The position numbers and the translations under genes are program-made. From Candidatus Jordarchaeales archaeon (lineage in GTDB: Archaea > Asgardarchaeota > Jordiarchaeia > Jordiarchaeales > Freyrarchaeaceae), in the NCBI GenBank assembly GCA_038858525.1, contig JAWCFL010000017.1:1-32000 (forward strand): a DNA stretch of 32,000 nucleotides, written 5' to 3'. Positions 9,801 to 15,572 of this stretch are shown piece by piece (position 1 is the stretch's first letter; each line of letters starts with the position of its first letter). The notes beneath the pieces are model-generated. The model was not told the DNA's origin and ran no database searches. It saw nothing but the letters and a program-made list of their open reading frames with translations.

Positions 9801-10439
9801 ATCTTTAAGCATGACGGCATCTGTTGGTCGACCATTTACAAATGGTGAATTAACCGAGAGGGCTATTAGATGAGGTATGAAGGCGCGGATAAGGTTGTAA
9901 ACAGCTATCCGGAGCTTTGTGTCCGGAATCCCTATATGGTGGTGGTCGCCGAAGCTCAAACCCTGCTGGTACTCCATCAGCGGATTTAACCCCGTCGTTA
10001 TGAGTTTAACTCCTGCAGGAAGAGAGTCGTGTGAAAGTTTGAAGAGCGTATGAAGCCACCATGCAAGCTCCTCTAGATTATCGCATGGAGGCGTGGCAAT
10101 TTCCAGAATCCAAGTTATTGTTCCTATATGTGGGTCTCGCCCAAGCAGTTCCACATCTATCTTTTTTCCATCGGGAAGAGTGTATGATATTATAAGCGTT
10201 TCCCCTCTTCTTTCAACGGGTGCAACCCTTACGTTTGAGGCCTTTTTACTTATTCTTTTAACGAGCTCATCCTGAGGGTCTTTAAGTATTGCTTTCAGCC
10301 CATCTGCTACGTCGTGGACTATTTTGCCCATTATACTGATCATTTTTTCTCCATCAATCCAGCGTCCTTTCAAGTTCACGATCTGAACTTCCGACTCTAT
10401 GCCATGGGTGAAGGGTAATTTAAAGATAGAAGAGCTCAA
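6894..10439 (-). CDS. GCS2/YbdK-family carboxylate-amine ligase (about aa 1-470) fused to about six Ig-like/CARDB-like beta-sandwich domains
   Basis: HGIESEVQ, LEIATPP, GLNP, GDHHHIG, ALSVNSPF and DMYPFTKYGTVEARFFDCQ match the glutamate-cysteine ligase type 2 signatures. The C-terminal ~710 aa are repeated beta-strand units (VENKGDEPL...LEPGE). No signal peptide or TM helix seen. The TTG start overlaps the upstream stop (TTGA). Confidence 0.8.
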   Translation of the reverse strand: MSSSIFKLPFTHGIESEVQIVNLKGRWIDGEKMISIMGKIVHDVADGLKAILKDPQDELVKRISKKASNVRVAPVERRGETLIISYTLPDGKKIDVELLGRDPHIGTITWILEIATPPCDNLEELAWWLHTLFKLSHDSLPAGVKLITTGLNPLMEYQQGLSFGDHHHIGIPDTKLRIAVYNLIRAFIPHLIALSVNSPFVNGRPTDAVMLKDGKLQAPGCVRSVRLQLNVRQLGPDDPQHYIPHLKSLDEEFFEKTIGRTPARMCDMYPFTKYGTVEARFFDCQISVIRKIALAALLQAIALKAKKLLETKEEIPEIDSETLIKNRRSAIRWGLTGPFFKPKDLELIVKRHPDFARMYFFDHKSGGKEPVKRLVDAVKNMFLFLREELEELGVLKSEYLNPLLVSVYGDVAGKVTAPMTTADYQLEKFFEFGEDIESLSRELQIIADQTCNNIWSDPLSGTPNLQEIIMVPVSLEVALDTPVVFEGQPVTCRVFVENKGDEPLRDLTLRCIVTSQSGEEVLEEEFALDLLEPGEKRVGEVEFETEAGISQYTLSAELMISSELITTDKLAIPVYRVNCKSDLIAQVDGVIVTGETEIPFIVAVENTTPQDMYLTLRVAVVDRDQKRELDYVTSDVKPWGVYLKPIRARDQVLFVAMSEETAKLDWAKAVLEGQTEGSWIEIEPLVLKPWLYSSWISPRCAIRAQLIDSSGRVISEGWSRDFRVFFQGAMVSVEVGRIPKTTYNIGETLETTVMVDASELLSPTPVSIVVKAKSTTNNIEKKILDMSVKPGVTTSIPVKWTIPSDVLKGGKDEDIMYLSVEVFHDGELINLIETAAKFKVLRGPEVSLKIISMPDAVTPESPLTGKVAIRGLSSALIPCNLIIEKVTQKGTEKAAEVPLSEPMIDSVVDIPPLDIPRDAEKFTVRAFLTRNGEKLAEDELNVNVVRLKEAISVFLNEIPETMTPGALHDAIIQLENKLNTQIAFDFTYTEAANNTIILQETIPVKIEAKDKVLVKIPVKAPLFATDKECKVKIEIKKGEEVGWVNERHIRIEAVRPAIRVAYISTPPLSEYIQVEKELELKISPSVQSFADYTLPVRAVFAIFEKKTKKVVMRKTAELTLTKGKIERISYEPLTWKILKPDKAESYYLGVILFEKVKGELKEIPSKIVQNSLITVTFTPKT

Positions 10440-11173
10440 CTTTGATCACCCGCCTTTTCCAGCGCGTCTTCAACTGCAGAGACAAGTCTCTCAGTTACGT
10501 CGTTAATCATGCTTTCAGGTAAACTCATGTCTAGAAACGAAACTCGTTGCCCTCCTCTTTTTACAAAAACGTGGATGCAATATGCTATAGGCCCCCCTCC
10601 AAAAGTTTCATTATCAAGTATTACACGCACGCCAGAACTTAAAAGCGAATTAACAATGTTATGCCTATCAATAGTTGTGAGTTCATTTATAACTACGGCC
10701 GCGTCCCCCATAGGCATCATCTTAAAGGAACGAAGAAGAATAAGAACGGCGTTTAAGCCGCTTTTATTAAGCAGTATAGACGACATTAACTTTACCAATT
10801 TCTCCCCTGACTCCAAATCCTCTCCAGGCTCTGGAAAGAAGAGATAGTAGAAAGGTTTTCCCTCCACTTTTTTCCTCTCGAAAACCTGTTTCACAGAGCT
10901 TAACAGGACTTCATCTTCCTGCGTTGACAACAACATTAGTGGGATAAACCTCTCATCCTCTCCTGGTATTGAAAGCTTACCCTCCTTCTTCATTCTTTCA
11001 ATATTCCTCATAAATGCCTCGTCGACTATTGAAGATAGAAGAGCATAAAGATGCGCGTAATCTTTTGCCAACTCAACAGCCAACGAGATAAGTTGCTCCG
11101 TTTCCCCTAAAACAGAAAGAAGTGATGTAACAGCCAAGTTGCTCCTTTCAATGACGCTGATCACTTTGTTCAT
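10436..11173 (-). CDS. Hypothetical protein; C-terminal half weakly resembles the N-formylglutamate amidohydrolase (Zn-exopeptidase) fold without obvious metal ligands
   Basis: Long ORF, translationally coupled to the ligase. GVRVILDNETFGGGPIA...VSFLDMSLP resembles the V..N.PY.GG.I...lQiEi pattern (pattern reading only). Confidence 0.6.
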   Translation of the reverse strand: MNKVISVIERSNLAVTSLLSVLGETEQLISLAVELAKDYAHLYALLSSIVDEAFMRNIERMKKEGKLSIPGEDERFIPLMLLSTQEDEVLLSSVKQVFERKKVEGKPFYYLFFPEPGEDLESGEKLVKLMSSILLNKSGLNAVLILLRSFKMMPMGDAAVVINELTTIDRHNIVNSLLSSGVRVILDNETFGGGPIAYCIHVFVKRGGQRVSFLDMSLPESMINDVTERLVSAVEDALEKAGDQS

Positions 11174-11181
11174 GCTTTCGC

Positions 11182-12342
11182 CTACCTTGAAAGCTCTTCT
11201 ATAGACTTTAAAAGGTCGTTTTTATGCCTCCTTAACTCCTGCAACTTCTCGGAGAACTCGCTTATGAAGTCCCTTATCCTCGTTATGGCGTCATCTATTA
11301 TTTTTAGCCTCTCATCGAGCTTCTCAGTTAGATTTCCTGTTTCGCCAAGTTTTAGAAGCGAAGACAGTTTGCCCTCAATAGCGCTTACTCTCCCCTCAAG
11401 GACGGCGAGCCTTCCCTTAACGTCCTCTAGCGCCTCTTTAATTTCTGAGAAGCTCAGTTGCGGGGCTGGCGTAATGACCTCAGTAGCCCCCATTACTTCT
11501 TTCCTTACTTCTTCACTCACTTCGGCTTTCTCAGCTTCCACCTTTCCTTCCAACTTCAGGAGAACAGTCTCCTCCTCATGGCTAGGCCCCGTTAAACCGC
11601 TGATGTAACAGTCATAAACTTCAGCTATGGCCTCCGACATCTCTCTATTGTAAGGCTCGCCTCCTAAGCCTGAAAAAATACATGCCACATCATCATGATA
11701 CTTTAAACACCAAATCCCTCTTCCGCTTTTCTGCTCTAGGAAGAGCAGTAGTGAGGATGAGAAAAACGGGCTTTCGAAAAGATTCTGCACCGTTCTAACT
11801 ATCAAGTTTAACTCTTTCGGTAATGGCCCACCCGCCTCAAACGAGTCACGCGCCCATGCATATTCAAGGTCTTCGCTATCGATAAGCTTTCTAACCCAGT
11901 TCTCTAATCCCTCCACGACTATTCTGGTCCCACTAAACTCATAGGTTCTCTCGCTGAAACCAAGTAGCGAAAGAATGTTAGCCACAATCATCTTCGCCTC
12001 TCTCTCACGGGTCTTGAAAATACAAAGCCACTTCTCTCGCCCATAACCAACAACACACATTCTGCTTCCATTCAACTCCACAACTATAATGGCTAACAGG
12101 TCGCTTCGTAGGAGGGGTGAAAGAAAAACTTCGTTAGAAAACATCCTCAGAAACCTATGCGTCGCATCCATCACCTCGGGACTCAACACGTCGCCCCTAA
12201 AAAACCTGAGGAGTTGTGTTATGCTTCCTCCACTCTTAAGCGCCTCAGCCACTTCATTTATGACCGAAAGATCCGTGAAGAGGTAACCGCTGATCACACC
12301 CACAGTAGAACCATACCACTTGTCAAGCCACTGCCTGAGCAT
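11182..12342 (-). CDS. Hypothetical protein with two internally repeated alpha/beta modules (Roadblock/longin-like) and a C-terminal coiled coil
   Basis: ATG at 12342 follows a GAGGTGA SD. Internal repeat: LSPLLRSDLLAIIVVELNGSRMCVVGYGREKWLCIF vs ESPFFSSSLLLFLEQKSGRGIWCLKYHDDVACIF. Heptads in the last ~90 aa. Confidence 0.65.
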   Translation of the reverse strand: MLRQWLDKWYGSTVGVISGYLFTDLSVINEVAEALKSGGSITQLLRFFRGDVLSPEVMDATHRFLRMFSNEVFLSPLLRSDLLAIIVVELNGSRMCVVGYGREKWLCIFKTREREAKMIVANILSLLGFSERTYEFSGTRIVVEGLENWVRKLIDSEDLEYAWARDSFEAGGPLPKELNLIVRTVQNLFESPFFSSSLLLFLEQKSGRGIWCLKYHDDVACIFSGLGGEPYNREMSEAIAEVYDCYISGLTGPSHEEETVLLKLEGKVEAEKAEVSEEVRKEVMGATEVITPAPQLSFSEIKEALEDVKGRLAVLEGRVSAIEGKLSSLLKLGETGNLTEKLDERLKIIDDAITRIRDFISEFSEKLQELRRHKNDLLKSIEELSR

Positions 12343-12471
12343 TTCACCTCTCTTCAAGGAAACCCCCACCAAGACACTATATATTCAAACACTACTCTAT
12401 CATTAAGCCTAAATAACTCTTCTTCAAACAAAAAAAGTGGGAGCCGTATGCGCAGCGCTTTTCTTATCTGA

Positions 12472-12675
12472 TTAACCGCTTGGAGGTACCTTCTTAGCCT
12501 TTTCCTCCACGTGCTTTTCGAGGGCGCTAGCCGCCTCCTGCATCATTCTAGCGCGCTCCTCCTTTGTTTTGGCTAGCGACTCCTTCTCCTCTTTTTTCCT
12601 TTCTCCGTGAAGCTTCTCCAAGATCTCCTTCGTTTTCTTTACCTCTTCGGGGGATGGTGGTGCTTCTTCGCTCAA
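12472..12675 (-). CDS. Small, highly charged (E/K-rich), probably helical or disordered 67-aa protein
   Basis: TTG start preceded by an AAGGTGG SD. Codon usage matches neighbouring genes, and a T-tract follows the stop. Confidence 0.7.
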   Translation of the reverse strand: MSEEAPPSPEEVKKTKEILEKLHGERKKEEKESLAKTKEERARMMQEAASALEKHVEEKAKKVPPSG

Positions 12676-12973
12676 TTAGACCACCTTCTTAGAAGGCCTG
12701 TTGCAAAATAAATATTCCACAATTATACTTATTTACTTTTTGGAAGAAAAGGAAATCACAATGAAAAACTGATAATTTACAATTGCTTAAAAAGAAATAT
12801 TCCTAATTCCATCTCTTTTTTGTTTAAGCATTCGAAGACGAAATAAAGTAAAAGCCTAAGCCTCTAGTAACTCCCACAAAGCATCCTAACAGATTCCTAA
12901 ACTAAATTCTCAACAAACTAAAACCCTCTCAAACAAACCATTTTGCGGTTTTTATAGAGCTTCTTTCGTAATG

Positions 12974-12981
12974 TTTAAAAG
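12974..12981 (+). promoter_or_regulatory. Putative TATA box of the tRNA-Cys / pscE / pscS unit
   Basis: TTTAAAAG ends 26 nt before the mature tRNA 5' end (13008), within an AT-rich intergenic region. Confidence 0.55.
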
Positions 12982-13007
12982 TTATTTTTTCATTTGAGTT
13001 GTTGAGA

Positions 13008-13169
13008 GCCGGGGTGGCCGAGAGCCTCCAGTCTGATTGAAATGAGGTGCCGGAAACGGTGAGTCCCCCTTCACGGGGCGCGAAGCAGCGGACTGCAGTT
13101 TTATGAGCAGTTATCCGCCATACCGGGGTTCAAAACCTTTAATAGGTGAAACTCCCTGCCCCGGCTCCA
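13008..13169 (+). tRNA. tRNA-Cys(GCA), CCA encoded, interrupted by four introns: 13023-13056 (15/16), 13064-13084 (23/24), 13099-13112 (37/38), 13135-13152 (59/60)
   Basis: Acceptor stem GCCGGGG/CCCCGGC, U73 and CCA. Anticodon stem GCGGA/TCCGC with loop CT-GCA-GA after splicing. T stem CGGGG/CCCTG with loop TTCAAAT after splicing. D arm GCC-GAGCGGTGA-GGC after splicing. Exons of 15+7+14+22+17 nt sum to 75 nt. tRNA identity and the last two introns are firm; the D-arm junctions are less certain. Confidence 0.9.
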
Positions 13170-13200
13170 CTTCTTCTCCAACAGTGTGAGATGGTGCGTT

Positions 13201-13818
13201 ATGCCTCTTTCCCTTTCTTTGGATGCTGCCAGAAAGCTTTCCTCAACTATAGAAGCTCTTTTAACTGCTTGGTCTCTTGTCCGTGCGTCAGCACCTCGCT
13301 TAATCCTAAAGGAAAAAGAAGAAAGAGATTTTGTCGAGAAACTGTTACTGGCGCATCGCGCTCTCTCTGAGCTTTTATCTCTTCTCGGGCTCGACAAGCA
13401 AGAAAACGAGCTTATCAGTGCTCTTTCAGAACTAAATCCTAATGAAACATTACTCCTCGTCGTTCCCCCCTCATTGATGAGGCGCCTTGTGGGAGTCGGT
13501 ATTCCACATGAAAGAGTAATATCAATTGGAGGACCATTAAGCGCTGAAGACGCCAAGGCGTTAAATCCCCACCTTCCCGAGGAAGCTATGAAAGGTGTTG
13601 AAGCACGTTTAAAGAATTTTTGGAGAGAGCTTGAAAGAAAAATTAAAGGAGCACGTACAGTTCTTTTCATCCTGGAGAAAGCTGGCAAAGTTGACGAACT
13701 TATAGCCAAGCGTGCCAGTATGCTTTCTGAAAAGTTTGGAGTCGATGTTAAAGTTGTCTACTTAACTAATCTTGATTCCTGCGTAGAAATTCTACCGCGT
13801 TTTTTCAGGAGGGAGTGA
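13201..13818 (+). CDS. pscE: SepCysE (DUF2100), scaffold linking SepRS and SepCysS
   Basis: IEALLTAWSLVRASAPRLILKEKEERDFVEKLLLAHRALSELL..LG and SIGGPLSAEDAKALNPHLPEEAMKG match my recollection of methanococcal SepCysE. It sits between tRNA-Cys and pscS. ATG 13201 follows a GGTG SD. Confidence 0.75.
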   Translation: MPLSLSLDAARKLSSTIEALLTAWSLVRASAPRLILKEKEERDFVEKLLLAHRALSELLSLLGLDKQENELISALSELNPNETLLLVVPPSLMRRLVGVGIPHERVISIGGPLSAEDAKALNPHLPEEAMKGVEARLKNFWRELERKIKGARTVLFILEKAGKVDELIAKRASMLSEKFGVDVKVVYLTNLDSCVEILPRFFRRE

Positions 13819-13821
13819 GAA

Positions 13822-15024
13822 GTGCCGCTTAGACCTGAACGCCTTTCGAAGTATCGCAACCTTACAAGGAGTACCGAGATTGAAGCGATAAATCTCAACC
13901 CAATTCAGAGTGGGGGACGTGCCGGAAACTACCCTGAAGTCGTCAAATCAGTACTGAACTTCATAGATGGATATAGCACGTGCGACTACTGCATTAAGGG
14001 TAGACTCGAGGAAATCGAGACGCCACCGCTATGTGACTTCCACGCTGACCTAGCAGAATTCATCGAAATGGATGAAGTCAGGCTTCTACCGGGATGCAGG
14101 CAGGCTCAGTTTGCTGCTTTTCACAGCCTAGCAAGCCCAGGAGACTACGTGGTCATAGATTCTCTAGCACATTACTCGACATATCTGGCTGCCGAGAGAG
14201 CTGGACTGAAAATAATTGAGGTGCCCAACAGTGGTTTCCCTTATTTTGAAGTGTCACCTGAGCTTTACGCCGAAAAAATAGAGGAAGCTAAACGCGTCAC
14301 TAAAAAAACACCTGCATTGGTTTTCCTTACTCACGTTGACTACTCCTACGGTAACCTTGCGGATGCCGAGGCCATTGCAAAGGTCTCCCACGAGTATGAC
14401 GTACCATTCATGTTAAACTGCGCGTACACTATTGGTAGAATGCCTGTATCCGGACGAAAATTGAAGGCTGACGTAGTAGTAGCCTCGCTCCATAAGTCTT
14501 TCGCGTCCCCTGCCCCCTCAGGAATACTTGCAGCTAATGGAGAGTACGCTGAGAAAATATTCAGAAAGTCAACGGTGAAGGGAGAGTGGAGCGGCAGAAC
14601 TTTTCCAAACAAGGAGGTAGAACTTTTAGGATGCACGTTGCCCGGCTGCGTCGTTGTTGGAGTGATGGCGGCATTCCCCTACGTTGCTGAAAGAGTAGAG
14701 CGATGGAGTGAAGAGGTCGAGAAAGCCCGTTACTTCTCAAGCCAGCTGACGAAGATCGAAGGCGTCATTCAGCTTGGGCAGACCCCCCATAACCATGACC
14801 TCCTCCACTTTGAAAGCTCCTCGTTCTTCGAGGTGGCTCGCGCTCACCCTAGAAAGGGTTTCTTCCTCTATGACGAACTAAAAGCTAGAGGAGTCGTGGG
14901 CGTCCAGCCAGGCCTATCGAGGTCCTGGAAACTTTCAACATACGGACAAAGCTGGGAAAATGTTAAAAAAGCGGCTCAAGCATTCCTTGAAATAGCTGAA
15001 AAATACAATATCCCCGTCTCTTAA
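13822..15024 (+). CDS. pscS: O-phosphoseryl-tRNA(Cys):Cys-tRNA synthase (SepCysS)
   Basis: INLNPIQSGG, DGYSTCDYC (CxxC), HYSTYLAAE, PLP lysine in SLHKS, VELLGCT, LYDELKARG..G..PG. Confidence 0.95.
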   Translation: MPLRPERLSKYRNLTRSTEIEAINLNPIQSGGRAGNYPEVVKSVLNFIDGYSTCDYCIKGRLEEIETPPLCDFHADLAEFIEMDEVRLLPGCRQAQFAAFHSLASPGDYVVIDSLAHYSTYLAAERAGLKIIEVPNSGFPYFEVSPELYAEKIEEAKRVTKKTPALVFLTHVDYSYGNLADAEAIAKVSHEYDVPFMLNCAYTIGRMPVSGRKLKADVVVASLHKSFASPAPSGILAANGEYAEKIFRKSTVKGEWSGRTFPNKEVELLGCTLPGCVVVGVMAAFPYVAERVERWSEEVEKARYFSSQLTKIEGVIQLGQTPHNHDLLHFESSSFFEVARAHPRKGFFLYDELKARGVVGVQPGLSRSWKLSTYGQSWENVKKAAQAFLEIAEKYNIPVS

Positions 15025-15185
15025 GCCGTTTTCCACTTGAAGTTTATGGGGACATTTGCTATGTTATGTGACATTTCAGAAAGGTTTAAATTATAACCAT
15101 GTATACTTCTAATAGTCTTATGGAGAAAAATTGTATCAGCCCCAAAATGAGGGGAAACTGAAAAGAAAGGAGTTGATGAAGTCCG

Positions 15186-15443
15186 ATGTTCTGTCCTAAA
15201 GATGGGGCTCTTATGGTGCCAAAGAAAAAGGATGGAAAAACCGTTTTGGTTTGCAAGAAGTGTGGCTATGAGGCACCTGTCTCAGACGAGAAAAAATACA
15301 AGTTGGTCGTAAAGATACCTCACACTACAAAGGATAAGACTGCTGTTGTCGAAAAAGAGCTCGCCCTGTCGTTCAAGCAAGACGAGGAAGAAAGAGAGGA
15401 ACTTCGAAGACAAATGCTCGAATTCCTCGTGGAAGAAGGTTAA
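15186..15443 (+). CDS. Short TFS/RpoM-like zinc-ribbon protein lacking the C-terminal cleavage ribbon
   Basis: MFCPKDGALMVP...LVCKKCGY N-terminal ribbon. There is no C-terminal CxxC/DE hairpin; the protein ends in an acidic helix. Confidence 0.75.
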   Translation: MFCPKDGALMVPKKKDGKTVLVCKKCGYEAPVSDEKKYKLVVKIPHTTKDKTAVVEKELALSFKQDEEEREELRRQMLEFLVEEG

Positions 15444-15572
15444 CTCCCCCTCTCTCCTATTTTTCCTTACGCTTTTCTAAGTTTTACCTCCAGCTAATGT
15501 ATTAATCTAATAATTTTTATACTTGTTTTCAGTGTTTCCTTTGCCTTCTTCATCTTTTAAGAGGTGTGCGCA

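Noticed and set aside
12780-12950. Strongly A/C-skewed low-complexity intergenic stretch, considered as a repeat array, origin or ncRNA
   Set aside because: No direct-repeat periodicity, ORB-like motif, stable fold or ORF was found. A similar skew at 770-870 also shows nothing specific.
13064-13084. TTCA inside a C/G hairpin, suggesting tRNA-Sec (UCA) or a second tRNA
   Set aside because: There is no matching acceptor or T arm and no long variable arm. The segment is explained as the 23/24 intron, and the real anticodon arm is GCGGA-CT-GCA-GA-TCCGC.
13101-13709. 202-aa minus-strand ORF, and 74-aa plus-strand ORF 13146-13370
   Set aside because: They are antisense or out-of-frame shadows of pscE and overlap the tRNA. 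They are Ser/Arg-rich with no motifs.
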